The translations under genes and the position numbers were made by a program. From positions 192,487 through 256,486 of the forward strand of contig JAUHZK010000002.1 in NCBI GenBank assembly GCA_030425645.1: a DNA stretch of 64,000 nt, given 5' to 3'. Each line of letters starts with the position of its first letter. Position 1 is the stretch's first letter. Positions 42,331 through 57,300 of this stretch are shown piece by piece. The notes beneath the pieces were generated by a model that had not been told where the DNA came from, did no database searches, and was given only the letters and a program-made list of their open reading frames with translations. The stretch comes from Gammaproteobacteria bacterium (GTDB lineage Bacteria > Pseudomonadota > Gammaproteobacteria > JAPPPA01).

Positions 42331-45300
42331 ATAATTTCTTTGCTTTGGTCCAGCTGCATATGATCCAAATCAATGCTCGCGGCCGCCAAGTTGGTCAACG
42401 TTAGTGAAAAACCGTTACTCGTTTCTAGCGAGCCAATTTCCAGCCAATCTAAGCCCTGACGAATATATGGGGTGCTATGGCCACCAAGAGAGAACACTGG
42501 GCCACTAAGCCAAGGAATACCCCCTCCAACATAACCATCAACGATTCTCGGAACCGCCAACACGTGCTGCCCTTCGATGCTGAAAGACTCTGCCTCAATT
42601 AAACCGAAGACACTGGTATCTCCATGAGGCGCATTGCGCACAGCTAAGTCATTGACCCAATACGCACCATTCGGACCAAAATTCACTTGTTCTCTTTGCC
42701 CACCAGCCTTGGCATCTAAGCTCACACTATTCAGTGCACTTACCAACGCCGGAACGACTTTGTAGGTAACTTTCCGAGGCGCGTGATCTTTGCGGAATTT
42801 ATTAATGTATTCAGCACCATCGACCCACTCATCAATAATCGCTTGGGTGTAATGCTCATACCCGATAAAAGTCTGCATATCATGGCGATAACCCAGCTCG
42901 GTTAAACGTAACGCCATGCTCTCAACACCTGTGATAGGCACTAACTCGTCGAAGGTGCCGTGGTGGATCACCATAGGCACGTCACGAAGGTTCTCCAGCA
43001 GACGGTAACTCAACTGCGCGTTGGCCTGTCCACCCGCGCCGATGAAACAAGGGTTACCGGCACCTTGGCTCGGCACCTCAAAGTCACCGCCGCATAGAAT
43101 TTCGTCGTCAGGGCCTAAGCCCGTCCACGCACCCTGAGTGAGCGCGCCCGACACAGGGTAGCCAGCCGCAAACACGTCTGGGTATAAGCCGCCCATTAGC
43201 CATGTGCCATAACCACCCATCGAATATCCCGATAGATAGATACGACTTGCGTCGATGTTAAACAAACCAGGATTTTCAGGAATATCTGGCCCTTGATGGC
43301 CTTTAGCCAGGTCGGTACCGGCCACATCGGCAAAAACTTCCCAGAAATCTTGGTGAGCTTGGCCAACATACCACTGGCTAGTACCACGACCATGGGGTGT
43401 GGCGATGATGTTGCCCTGCTCCTCACCCAATTGGTGAATGATCTTTGGACTCCACGCGGCAGCCGAATGCACACGACCACCACGGTAGTGCATCCACATA
43501 GTGAGCGGTGCCGCAGTATTGCCACTAGAGTCGTAGTTACTTGGAATATAAAGGCCGTAGCGTTGGAAAACGTTGTCCTCAGCAAGCGACTCTTGTGAAA
43601 TATTCGCGCCAGCAATAAACAGCTTCTCGTGATAACCAACACTGGGCTCCATTGACTCTGCTACTGGATTTAGCAGCTTATTGACATCAATGCTTGCGGT
43701 GAAGGCGTCAACATTGCCTTCCCATAAGGCTAAGGCTTGTTGGCGGTCGTTATACATGCCCGCCACCGGCTCGTTGGGGCGATAAGCCAGGTTATAGAAC
43801 TCAGAGCCGTCAATATTAGTACTAACCAAACCAACGGTTACTACCCCGTCATTCGAAAGCTCTGCTAATGGCAGCTCTGCTCGCAAGATACCGCCCGCGC
43901 CTTCACTTGGGTCTGCCAATATGTTGCCATTAAGCAGTATCGCCGAATCAAAGCGGTCCGTTTTTAATCCGTACTCAGATAAATCGGCGGCACCCTCAGC
44001 ATTATCAATCAACAGCAAAACGTTGGCGTTTTCTGCGCGTTCTAAACGGGTGAATTCCACAGCCAGAGCCAGTGTATCGGCATCAACCGCGGACCATTCG
44101 ACACGGAACATGTCCCGCCCGTCAGCGGTCGCGTTGCCGTCGCCAAACCGATCTGGCACACCAGCCGGTTCTGGTGCACCAAACTGCTGTCCCAGCGCCT
44201 GCGATAAGGCATCTAAACGTTCTGCCCGGCTGTAGATAGAGCCGGCCAAGAGAGTTACCGCCAAACGGCGGGCGTCAGTGCCGTCATCAGCACCCCAGGC
44301 GTCATAGACGTAGTCATAGTAAACATGGCCACTATCAGAATAATGCGACTGCCCTGCCACCATGACCGCTTGCGGGTTATAAGGCTGACTTGAAGGCACT
44401 AAGCGGCCACGCTCCACCACCTCGCTCGCCAGTGGCAATCGATCAGGCACAGCAAACACACCAGTGCTAGCAGCAGAAGTGCGAATGGCCTCACACAGGG
44501 GTGCCAGCGGTAGTGCTTGGCATTGCGCCACTAAACCTTGTAATAGCTCTGCAGCTTCATCAATACCGACTAGGTCGTACAACAAGTTGTAGACGCAATT
44601 CACCCCACTTTCGTCAGGTGAGCAGCTACTGATATCAGTCAACTGGCCTAACGCCCCAGCGCAGACGTTCGGGTCTTGGGAGGCCATGCAGTTAATTAAC
44701 GATTGCTGCAGCCCCTCAGCGCTGCCGGCGGCTACCACCTTCAGATCAATCTCAGCAACCGTGCTGTCAAAGCCATCATCGGCAGTTAGAGCCAGACGAA
44801 TCGTGCTACCACAACCCGATACTAAGGCCTCACAGCTTGGCGCAGTAAAGCGCACCTCGGAACCACCATGCGGCTGCCGCAGCGGTGCTACATCACCACT
44901 ACTCCAAGTCAGCACGAGTGCATCAAAGTTCACATCGCTCACTGCCGCCGCCAACCGCACCGGTTCACCGGCAATCACGTTAAAGCTTTGAGGCATTTCC
45001 ACGCTAGGAGCCGTGTTGTTATTGACGGCTCCATTGTAGTCATCACGGGCAAAGCATGGGCCAGAGCCACAGGTGTTGATGAAATGGCCATCCGGCGACA
45101 TAAAGGCTGCTTTTTGAGCATAACCACGAATCGTACTACGTGGATCACTGTGAGGATCCCGGCCCCGGAATGGCGGCGTATTGTTGATTTCCGACGGTTG
45201 CGTACCGCCACCAAAGCCGCTGTCTTTGGGACCAATATCCCAATAAACCAATACAGAATTCTCGCTGTCACCCTCTGCGACCGGATCTAAGCCCCAAAAG

Positions 45301-48300
45301 GCATTATCACGAGCGTTGTGACGGCCATCCATCACCGCTTTAGCGCTGTCACTTGGGTCAGGAGAGTAGATGCGGCCGCCCATCGAGCGCGCACCAACAT
45401 CAGCCGAGATATCGGCCACTTGGTGGTCACCAAATGCCACGTGAATCAGTGCTTGGTGATCAGGCACGTCATGGCCTAAGTCACGAAATGCGCTGGCATC
45501 TTGCAAGTGGTTGGCATAACCATTGGTTTCTGCCCGGTCCCACAGCATTTGCATCATGCTTAGTACCAAACTTTGGTCGAGCGAATTCCGATAGCTGGCG
45601 TACATCACCGCACCGTAGCCATTGAAATCAACAGAACGGCGTAACAAGGTGCTGTAGTTCATACCGAACACGCCCAAGGTGCCACGCGTAATATCGCTAG
45701 AGGTGGCTAATACTGTGCCGCCCATAATGCCGCCTTGGCTGTTGCCGTCATAATAGACTTCGCTGTTATCAAACAGCGACGCACCATCTTTTTGGAAGGC
45801 CGGATGTGAAGCAAAACCGTTGTTGTGGCGCAAAGCGCGGGCAAGGTAATGCCAGTTAACCATGCCCTGCTGGGAACGATCAGCCAGCGTTGGGAAATGG
45901 GATACGTCAGTCAATATGGCAGCCACATTCGCGATATCACCGGTAGACATACCAATCCAATCAATCGCGCAAGGCATATAGTTTTCAGCGCGCGCAAAGT
46001 TCATCGCACTACCGCCGGTACCTTCACCTTTACCACCTAACAAGCCATGGCCGTATAGATTTGGACGAGCCGGGCCATCAGTAAATGCCTTCTGCGGAAT
46101 TGAGCACACAAACTCAACGGGCTGCTCAGCGATGCGGCCAAGCCGGTCTGGCAAGCCATCACCCCACAAACCACGATGATCCGGCTCATAGTTCAAGCGT
46201 CCATACACTTTAGGTAAGGCAGCCACGGTAAGCAGCTGATCTAAACCGCCAGCCATCTCGGCACTAAACGGCGCGCCGTTTTCTTCTGCAGTTGCAACTA
46301 CTTTACGTAACTCATCACAAAAACCCACCATCAACGGGTCGGTTGGCGCATCGCAGGCGCTATCTGGTGTTGTTAAATAACTCGGTACAAATAAGCGGCC
46401 ATAAATACGGCGTGGAATACTATCGCCTTCGCCACGATCTTCGACGCGATCAATGGTAAAGCGCGGCGCAGCACAGTTAGCGTCGGCTGACTCACTACCG
46501 TCGTAACTCACACAGTCGTTTTCGCCACCATTGGTGTCCAACGCATATAGCGCGTCATCGCGCATGTGCAACAAGCGACCGGCTAAGTTGCGGGTACTGG
46601 CTACGGTTAAGTCCCAAGCAAGGTATAAGTCACTGGTTGGGACATTTGCGGCCAATAGCTGTCCCAACAAGGCGCTCATATCGTCTGCACGACGGTTTAG
46701 CGCTGGGATATTCGTGCTCTCACCATCACGGAACACTTTGAAGGCTTCTGGCGCTTCAATTACGTTCAGATCCGAGTCACGCAGGTCGCGTAGCGCAACA
46801 ATATAAGTAGCGCCGTCTTTAAAGTTTTTAGCCGGACGAATCAACAAGGCGGGACCTGGGTTTGCCCATGGATCTTGACCGGGCAAGGCTGCGCCACCGT
46901 TGTCGTAGCACTGCTGACTAAACCCTTGCGAGAACTCGCGAGCATCATCTTGGCCACCCAAGCCGAATACTTCTCCGGCTCCATTACCCAAGCTACAGGT
47001 TTCAAAGGCGGTTCCGTTGGCGTCCAACTCTGCAAATACAGGATGACGCACTAAGCCGCTATCGGTTACTTCAAACACCATAACGGCGCTATCGGCCGGG
47101 AGGTCTTCGTTGTTCTGTAAGCGATCAAGCATTGGTACCGAACTGGCATGCGCATCGGTCACGTGCAAATCGACACCGGGCACCACGAGTTGAATCATCT
47201 GCCCTGGCGAGAAACCGTCATTCCGATTCCACTCAGTTGGGTCAATCGGTTTGCCGGCCGTATTGCGAGGCATAGCGGCGATATTGAAATTCACTCGCTT
47301 GCCGGTATCTGTGAAGTTATCCGGCGCAGTAAAGTGATTCGATGGGAATGGATACATGCAGTAACTAGGGTCAAGCATGTCACAACCCATCACCTCGGCA
47401 GCAATGGCATCCGCGGCCAAGTTCAGGTCGTAAGGCGCGTCCGCTGATGGCGCCTGTAGCCCAAATAGGCAAGATGGATCTGGGTTCTCTGCACAAGCTA
47501 TCAAGCCAGGATCGCGTGCGGTAGCCTCATTAAAAACCCCAGCTAGAACACAACTTTCTGCCATTAGATCATCAACACAGCTGGCCGCTAAATCTGGCGA
47601 CAAACGTTCTAGCACAATGGCTAATGGGCAGCGGCTATCGTCTGGCGCCACTTGGCATATCGCCGCAACGCTGGCTCCAGGAAGCCCTACATCACCGCTA
47701 TCTGCCTGTGGCGTTAATACGCCAACAGCGTTATCGACAGCAACCCAGGCACCTTGGTCATCCTCGGTGTATAGCGGCAGGCCAACCGTGCCTGTCACGT
47801 TCACAAGCGGCACGGTCACATCACGTGACGGCGAGCCAAAGAACTGTGGGTGGCTAGCGTAAAACAGCAACGCCAATTCATCGCCGGGTTCTAAACGTTC
47901 GGCAATACCCACCAAGTCAACGGTGTGTTGACCTAGGCCACGGACGGGCATCACTTGATCGTCGATTAAACCGTAATTCGGTAAGGCACCCGTCTTACGG
48001 CCCAAGCCTACAAATACAATGCTATCGCAGCCGACTGGGTTATCCATACCAGTCGCGTTACAGGCATCAAGCAGCTCATTGCCGCCAGCCAAACTACTGA
48101 TGGTGATATCAACAGAAGGCAAACCAGCTAAAACGGCGGGCTTTAAGATCATTCCAAGCGGCGCAGGTACTGGCAAATTGCCGGAAACATGAGGCTGGCC
48201 TGAAACCCCGTTGCTGGGTACAGGCGCGATCGGGGTTACATTGCGAGTGGTGTATTTGTTACTAGCACCACTAGCAATAACATCACTTTCCGCCAACGCA

Positions 48301-51300
48301 ATAGTGTCACCTTCGGTGCCTAACGCGAAGCAGGTGTCATCTAGCAGCTCTACCGTTTCACCGTCAGCTAACGGTTTCAGACGCTGATCAAACCATTTAT
48401 CGTCGTCAACATCACAACCGCCGCTATTCATCGGCGGCTTATCCGGCGCTTGCGCAAACGGTAAAGCATGGCCGCCGTTATGGGTGTAAAGCGACACGTC
48501 GGCGCCAGCGTCTAGTAGGCACTGGTAGTTCCACCAAGCTTCGTTGTAGTTAAACAAGGTGTCGACCATGCCCTGAGTAATAAGAACATCTAAGCCAGCA
48601 AAATGTGAGCGAGCGTCGAAGCTATTCGCAAGCTCGCCTTTATACTGTGACGGCACAAGATAGTCACCAATACCTGGCTTGCCAGCCACCCTATCGGGCA
48701 CGTTATAGCTCGCTACCGCATCAATCATCGGCACGGTGTCTGTGGTGTATTCAGGATATTGCATCGCCGACAAACCATTGGCGTCGCACCAATAACCAAG
48801 GCCGTGGTAATGGAACCAATCCAAGGCTTGGCGAGGAAATTCATTCAAGGCTGCGCCACGCGCTAAGGTCTCTTTGATAAACGGATCTTGCCCGTCTTCA
48901 TGCGGCAAACCACCACTGGAATGACCAACGGCTTCGCCAACGCCAATTAGAGCCACATCCCATAAAGACTTAACGGTGTCGCCCGGGTTAAGGCTATTCC
49001 GCAAGTCATGCCAAGTAATGTCTGGCGCAATCGCATCGAGTCGTTTTTTATGGTCAACGGTGGCAATAAGTAGCTGATAACCACCGCCATAACTGCCACC
49101 TTGAGCACCAACAACTAGGTTAATGCCATCGGCTTCACTAATAGCCGTTGCCGGGCGAGCGACAAACTCGCCATATTCAACGCTTTCAGGATCTTCATTA
49201 CGCCAAGAAAGGTAATCTAAGTTTTGCTCGGCCCAATCAAGAATCTGTAGCAAGTACTGACCTTCAAACTCCGGGTCCATGACGCGCACCGTGCCGCTGG
49301 TTTCACCAAAGCCGCGAGGGTCCCAAGAAATAACGGTGTAACCATTCTCTCGTAGTCCATCAAAGCCTGAGGTTGAACGCGAACCAGAATAACCCGGCCC
49401 ATGCAGCATTAATGGATGAGCGCCAATACCGTCATCACCACAAAGTACGCCAACCGGCTCAAGAACTTGGAAGCTCACTTCGTAGCCGTCATGGGTTGGC
49501 AGCTTCACTTGATAGCTTTGGTCTCCAGCAAGGTTTTGACCGCCACCAGCACAAGCCGCGTATTCCACCACAGGGCACCCTGCGTCGGTTGTTTCAACCC
49601 CCTCCATCGTGTTCGGACAAACATCATCGGCATTTGAAATGCCATCATTGTCATCATCTAATTGGCTTTCGGCACATCCATCCGCGTTAACGACGTCACC
49701 GGCAGTAGTGTCTTCACAGAGATCTACATCATCCTCTTTGCCATCAGCGTCAGAGTCTCTCTGCAAGGGATCGCTACCATCTTCAACCTCTTGGCCGTCC
49801 GAAACATTGTCGTCGTCCGTATCAGCATTGTTGGGATCGGTGCCACGCAACAACTCTTCTGTGTCAGATAAACCATCGCCGTCAGAATCGTTCAAAACGC
49901 CGCTCGAGCGCAGCCAAATTGGAGCAGAAACCAATTGATGGGCATCAGTTAGGCCGCAGTCTGCATCCTTCTTACAGACCACAACAAAGTGCCAATCTTC
50001 GTCCGCGCTTAATGACGTGCTTACTGTGTAAGACACACTTAACTCTGAGCCACCTTCGGCGACAGCACCTAATGGGGTTACCTCAGCGTCACTTGCTTCC
50101 GCATCGAAGCTACGGCCGCTAATCAAGACCACTTGGTCGCCTGCCTGGGCATTGCTTAAATTAATACTGAACTCAACCGCCTCTCTTGCAGATAGCTCAA
50201 CAATGCTGCCCATCCAGTCACTATTATTGGCACCGCTATTGATATAGAACCGCAGATCTCTCAATAGGTCACGATTACCATTTTCCGCATCTCGATCGGT
50301 GTAGCTACCACCTCTCACTGCCATCGTGCGGCGGTTGGCTAACGCCGCGTAATAATCTTTAGGGCTACGGCCTTTAGTCAATACAACTGTCTTGTGCTGC
50401 CCAGGACTAGACCAGTTAGTGCCGTGGTGATCCTCTGCTGCTACCGGAGACAGGTGCCAACCTTTTTGCAGGCCTTTGACGAACCACTCAATATCATCAC
50501 CACCGTTGATTTCCATACCAAAGACACGGGCATCGATTTGAGCGTCGATATACTCAAGGTCATTCCAATTGGCACCGCGGCCGATAGCGGCACCAGCCGC
50601 TGCGATCGCATGTGTATGCGGGAAGCCTCCATCAAACGGTGTCAATTTAGGATTGCCGCCGGGGTGATTAAAGGTAACCAAAGCGTCCGCACCACCGCCT
50701 TGGTCAACATCTTCTTTTAGCCAATTCCAAAATTGTTCCATGTCCAAATAGCTACCATCTATTTTGGTATTGGTAACGTTGGTAGAAAGGTAAACGTTGA
50801 GGTGGTTGTAATAGTCGTTGGTCCATTCAAAACCACGCATAGCCGTGAAGCCTGTGTAATTAATTTGGCCATTAACCTCTTCGGTGTCGCTACCCTCTTG
50901 CGCTTGTTGCAAGGTCGCGGCCCACTTCACGTAATCATCGTTACTTAAGAGTTGCTCGCACTTAAGCAACGTCACAATGCCGCCCAAGTCAGCGCTAGCG
51001 ACGGCGTTTGCCCAGCCACTTGGATCCTCGACTAGACCAATGCAGCTGGCGCTAGTAGTAACAGGAAGCTTTTCATTGTCTGAGTGTTCTGAAGACAACA
51101 TAAAGTCCAACTGCACGCCATTTTCCCCGGTGCGGCCAGCACGGAAATAGTCAGCAGGTATGGAATTAGGGTCGCCGTCTGAATAAGAACTGTGCTCATG
51201 TACTGCACCTAGCATATACATGAAGTCACCGTCGCCTTCTTCACCAACGTAATCTGGGCTCTCATCTACCAAACCCAGTTCAGGGGCTTCACAAAGAGGC

Positions 51301-54300
51301 GCTATCCATTGGTAACCACAGACTTCACGCAGTAAGTTGCGGGCGCTTCCAACCACAGCACACTCGGGGCTAAAGCCAGCTTCGGTGTCTGTACAACCGC
51401 CATCTGCCGCTTCTTCTGCGGTGAGCTTGGTAAGCTTTTCAGCTGCAGCGTTAGCGACCAAGCCGTCCGCAGTTTCGCCATAAAGGGGCACTCTAATCGT
51501 GCCACTGATTGCGACGGCCGGAATGGTCAAATCACGCGATGAAGTAATAATATGTTGTGGGTGATAGCCGTAAACCAGTAGCGCTAATTTGGCGCCAGCA
51601 TCAGTTTTCGCCAAGACCTCAGACACACCAATCATATCGATACTGTGTTCGCCTAAACCGCGAATAGGGATGATCTGGTCGTCGATCAAATCCCAATAGC
51701 CACTGCCATCGTTATAACCCAAACCAGCATAAACAATGCTGTCACAGCCTGTGCGTGTGGTAGGCACGCCACCGAACAAATCATCAGCTTGTTCACAGAA
51801 AGTTTCGTTTCCTGCCGGTGAACTTTGAGAAACTGGTACTGAATTGACGCTGATATCCAACCGAGGCATACCTGCCAACACAAGGCCTTCCTCGTCAACT
51901 TCAGCCAGTTCAATAACCGTTGGGCCTTTTGCCACCAGCGCCTGTGCTACAGGACCATTCGGAATAGGCAAATCGTTGCTGATAGTGAATGAGGTCGCTT
52001 CTGCTAGGTCAGCATCCGGATTACCTTTGTTGGCAATCAGCTCGGAACCACTTAACACCCAAGACTTATCACTATCTGAAATACAAACTTGGTTTTCGCC
52101 AGCAGGTAAACCTGAGTTGAAGTTATTGTTGCCACGCAACTTGCTATAGAGCCACGCTTTTTGGGCTCCACCTAAGCCATCACCATTGCAGCTACTGCCA
52201 TTACCTGATGAGTCTTGGAAACCAGGCACTACGCCGGTTGGTGAGCCATAGCTGGTAGGCTGCGCCGCATCAGGGGCCGCCAGCGGCAAAATATGGCCGT
52301 TTTGGTGCGTCATTAAACGAACATCACCACCTCGGGCACCGAAGCATTGGTAGTTCCACCAGGCTTCGTTGAAGTTAAACAAATTGTCCCGCATACCTTG
52401 GGCAAGTAAGACATCAACCGGCTGCAAGCCGTCGTCACCCTCGGCATCGACGACTCGCTCTGTGTTACGCGTACCAGGGCTAACCGTTAGGCCGCTTACA
52501 GTGGTGTTTGGATCAACTATGTCCCAAGTGCGATAGTTATACGGCATGGTGACGTCGGTTGGGCACCAGTAAGCCGAGCTGTTGTAGATGAACTGTTCAA
52601 TGGATTCACGAGGAAATTCATTGGTCGCCCCAGCACGTGCCAGCGTTTCGATAACAAACGGATCCAACCCTTGGTTACCACCGGTGTAACTGATGGCATT
52701 GCCCGCTGCGCCCATAAACAAACCCCAACCAGACTTAACCGCATCGCCGGGGTTAAATGAGAATGCCAAGTTATGCCAGGTTTGGTCTGGCACTAAGGCG
52801 TCCATACGTTGTTTAGGGTCAATATTGGCAATCAGCAGCTGATAAGCACCACCGTAACTACCGCCCGTCGCACCGACAACAAGGTTAAGGCCAGACTCAG
52901 CGTCAGTACGCTCATCTACTCGGCTAGAACCCGCAAAGCCTTCACCCTCTAGATGGGCGCTGGTAAGAACGCAGTTAGCACTATCCCGTCGGCATGCACT
53001 GTCATCGCGGAAGGCAGCAAAATCTAGGTTGGTTTCCACCCAATCCAACAGAGCGATTAAATTCTGACCTTCATGATCGGGGTCTAAAGCACGAATGCTG
53101 CCGCTACTATTGCCAAAACCGCGCTCATCAATCGTAATCACGATAAAGTCATCTAAGTAAGCCGAAAACGAATCGCGATTAGTCGATTTAGTACTCAGGA
53201 AACCATGACTATTCAGAATCACTGGATAGGATTCATCACAATCAATGTTTTCTGGCTCCATTACATAGAACGCAAAGGTTTCACCGTCCCCCGCCGCCGC
53301 TGGCATTATGACTTCATAGCCTTGGCCAGCCTCTAGGGCATTGCCGGTTGCGCAAGACGCTTGCTGATCAAACAGACAACCATCACCACCTACCGTTTCA
53401 CCTTCTGGGGTACCGGGGCATTGGTCGATGTCATCATCAACACCATCATTGTCATCGTCGTTATCACAAACGTCGCCATCGTCATCGCCGTCGGCATTGG
53501 CTTGGTCTGGGTTATCTACCAACGGGCAGTTATCGGCTCCGTCGTCCAAGCCATCGTCATCATCATCGTTGTCACAGGCATCACCCTCGGCGTCGCCGTC
53601 CGCATTTGCTTGATCAGGGTTATCAACTAATGGGCAATTGTCATTCTCGTCTCTAACACCATCTTCGTCAGCGTCGTCAGGGTGACCGGCATCACCGCCG
53701 CTCAAAGCACTTTCGGGGTCAATCGTCACATCAACAACAAACTCGCCGGCGCTGTTTTCAACCAAAGCGTATAGCGGCAAGTCAACCGAGCCATTAATGG
53801 TGACGAACGGCAAACTAGGATCCCGCGAAGCAGAAGAAGCAAACTGCGGATGCACCGCATAAAGCAACAGGGCCAATTCATCGCCCACCGCCAAGCGTTC
53901 TGCCACACCGGCCAATTCAACCGTGTGATCACCTAAGCCTCGAATCGGCTGTAACTGGTCATCAATCAAACTAAAGTTAGGCGCACCGGCAGCTTTACGG
54001 CCTAGGCCCACTAAAGTAATGCTGTCACAGCCGATCTGGTTATCCATGCCGCTTAAATCACAGGCCGCTTCATTAGCGCCATTTAGGCTGGCCACGGTCA
54101 CTGATAGGCGTGGAATACCCGCTAAAACAGCACCTTTACCCTCAACAAAGCCAAGCGATACAGAAACCGCCGCGTTACCGCTAGCGTGAGCGGCGCCGCT
54201 GGCGCCATTAGGTATCGGCAGTAACGGTGCCACCTCGCGATGCGTGTAATTCTCAACGTTCGCATTGGGCGCCAGAACCTCATCAGCATTCAGGGTAATA

Positions 54301-57300
54301 CTGCTGTTATCGCCTAGCGCAAAACAAACTTCTTCTTCACCAGGGTCTACTTCAGCTTCCGCTTTCAGGCGGGCATCAAACCATTCTTTCTGACTATAAG
54401 AACAACTGCCACTGTCGTTGCTCGCGTTGTCGGGCGCTTGCACATACGGCAGCACATGGCCACCGTTATGCGTGGCAACATCGACACTGGCACCGGCCGC
54501 ACTCAAGCACTGATAGTTCCACCACGCTTCATTGAAGTTAAACAGGGTATCGATCATGCCCTGAGTAATGAGTACGTCGAGGCCGTTGAAATGCTGAGCT
54601 GGGTTTTCAGATTCCACTAAACGGCCAAAGCCTAGGCGACCATTATCTTGTTTTGCAGGAACTCCATACACAGGGTTGACCTGCGACACCACCATCGGCA
54701 CTTGATCTTCACTGTATTCGGGGTAAGGCATGGTTGGTAAACCAGATGCTTTACACCAAGCACCGAAGCCACCGCGATATGCGAACCAATCTAGCGATTG
54801 ACGTGGCCAAGTATTGTCAGCCACGGCGCGAGCCACCGTTTCTTGAATGAATGGATCTTGGCCATCTTCCAAAGGCGACGTACCCGGGTTTTCTAACAAC
54901 GACGGCGAACCCGTCGCGGTGCCCATCGCGGCAAGGAATGCACCCCAAACTGTCTTAACCGTATCGCCAGGATTAAGGGCATTACGAAGGTCGTGCCAGG
55001 TAATATCAGGAATAATGGCATCTAAGCGTTTACGCTCATCCATCGATAGCGTGAGCAGCTGATAACCACCACCGTAGCTACCACCTTGTGCACCAACCAC
55101 CAAGTTAACGCCATCGGCGACACTGCTGCCTTCGTCAGTCATAGAGGCGCCAGCTGGACGCTCAACGAATGGGAATTGGCCGTTTCCGTTAGGCGTTTCA
55201 TCACGCCACGCTAGATAGTCGAGATTCTGCTCGGCCCAATCCAAAATTTGCAGCAGATGTTGGCCTTCGTAATTAGGGTCCATACCCCGCACTGATCCAC
55301 CCGCGGCACCGAAGCCATTGGGATCCCACGAGATCACGGTATAACCCGCGCGACGGTAGCTTTCAAAACCAGAGGTTGAGCGAGAACTGCTATAACCCGG
55401 CCCGTGCAGCATCAGTGGGTGTGCACCGTCAGCAATACGGCTGCAATCAATACCAGTGCCGTTTTCCGTATTGTCATCGCTGTCTAACGGTTCCAGTACT
55501 TGGAAGCTGTTGGCAAAACCATCTCGGCCAGGTAATACAACGTGATAACTACGGCCACCTTCAAGCAGCTCAGATGCTTCACAAGAAGCATTTTCAACCT
55601 CAGGCAGCTCCGGATCGACCACGCCGGTATCACCAAATACGGCACACACACCCTCCGGTAGATCGAGTGCTTGGCACTGTTCAGCTAGCGGCGTCTCTGG
55701 GTCCAATAAATCACAGAATTCAGCTGGACCGCCGACTTCGCGACACTGAGCCGCGTAACTACGTTGTACGTAATCGATATTGAAGCCGGCCATGCTAAAT
55801 AGGCAATCGCGACTACTCGGATCGTCTTGGCAAGCAACTAAGTATTCGGGCAAGGCATCAGCGGAGGCCGCGCTTTTGCCAAATAACGGCAAATAACCTT
55901 GCAGCCTAAGCAACGGTGCCGTTAATGGCCCCAGTGATACAAACTCCTCGTAGCCAGTAAACGGCACGATTAAGCCGGCATCGCCGCTTGCATCAAGATA
56001 ACGAAATTCTTCTTCTGGAATAATGTAGCCAAAACTGTTCTGCGTCAGCCCCAGCAACATTGTGGTTGCATTGTCTGACGGTAGACCTCGCAGCCACTCT
56101 CCAAAGGTACCGGTGGTTTCTCCGGGTATGGTAATAATTTCTAGGCCGTTTTCCGCACCACCGATGGTGATCCGGCTTACATCTGTAACAGCGTAAGGCG
56201 CTAGTTGCGGCAAGTACTTTGCCTGCTCTCCCAATAGGGGCAATTGATCAGTGTATTGACCCGCTTCGGTAAAGTCATAGTAGCCATTGAATGCACCCAA
56301 TAACCCTGCACCAACAAACAGTGAGTTAGTTACTGGTAGATACACCGTCTGATTAGATATCCCGACTACCGGTGCTAACGCTTTGACTTCACTAAAGTCC
56401 AACGCGGCCTCAGCCATGCCCTCACCTTTGCAGTGTTGGCTCTGATAAGCGCTGCTTTGTTCCGCATCGTAGTTTGGATTTACTTCACAGGGTTCGCCGT
56501 TACCACCAGAAGAGGCATCAGCAATGGGGCCATTAAAGAACAAGGCCACACCACCAATATCTTCTAAAGAGTCCGTTACGCCCAGCACGTAGTCTGGGTG
56601 TGGAATGCGAGGGTCTTCATTAATCGAAACCGGATGTCCACTAAACTGCATCAAGTGGGCAACAACCTTATTCGGCGTTACTAAGCTATTAGCTTGCAGC
56701 AAGGTTCCCAGTACGTCGGTTTCGGCGTTAGGGTCGGTTTGTTGAGGTCGGCGATAGCGATTAAAGTCTGACATATCACCTTGAGAAACCGTCAGCTCAA
56801 CAGGCTCTAGCGCCTCTACCGCGGCAGCAACGGCAGCGGCTGCCTGCGTCACCAATACATTTTCGATCCAATCCTGCGGCACGCCGCCCCACAAGCCCTG
56901 CAAGTCAGCCCCTGCATGAGTATGCGTTTGTCCAAACACGATATGGCTAGATGGGATGCCGGCTGCATCAGTAATAGCGTTGCGCACTTTCTGCTGGATG
57001 ATATTGCCGGCACCGACGGCATCTAGTGTGACAAAGGCGACTTTTTCCTCATCGCCCGCACTGCCAGGATTAGCAACCACCATCGCGCGCACCCAAGTTT
57101 GCTCAACACAATCTGTTGCCGCACTAAAGGTAGAGGCGTCGTACTCACTTTGATCGGCCAACAGACAAGGTTGCTCTGCAGGTTGTGTCAGCTGGTCACC
57201 AAAACCACCGAATGGGTCAGGGAAATTCTGGGTGGGATCAATACCGAAGCCGCCCAAATTGAACTTTTGTAGATGTCTTGCCCCAGCAATGCGAGGCTCA

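Noticed and set aside
53348-53656. His/Arg-rich plus-strand ORFs (HHQHHHCHRRYHKRRHRHRRRHW...)
   Set aside because: Antisense reading of the GAC/GAT-rich TSP3 array no. 2. Low-complexity artefact.
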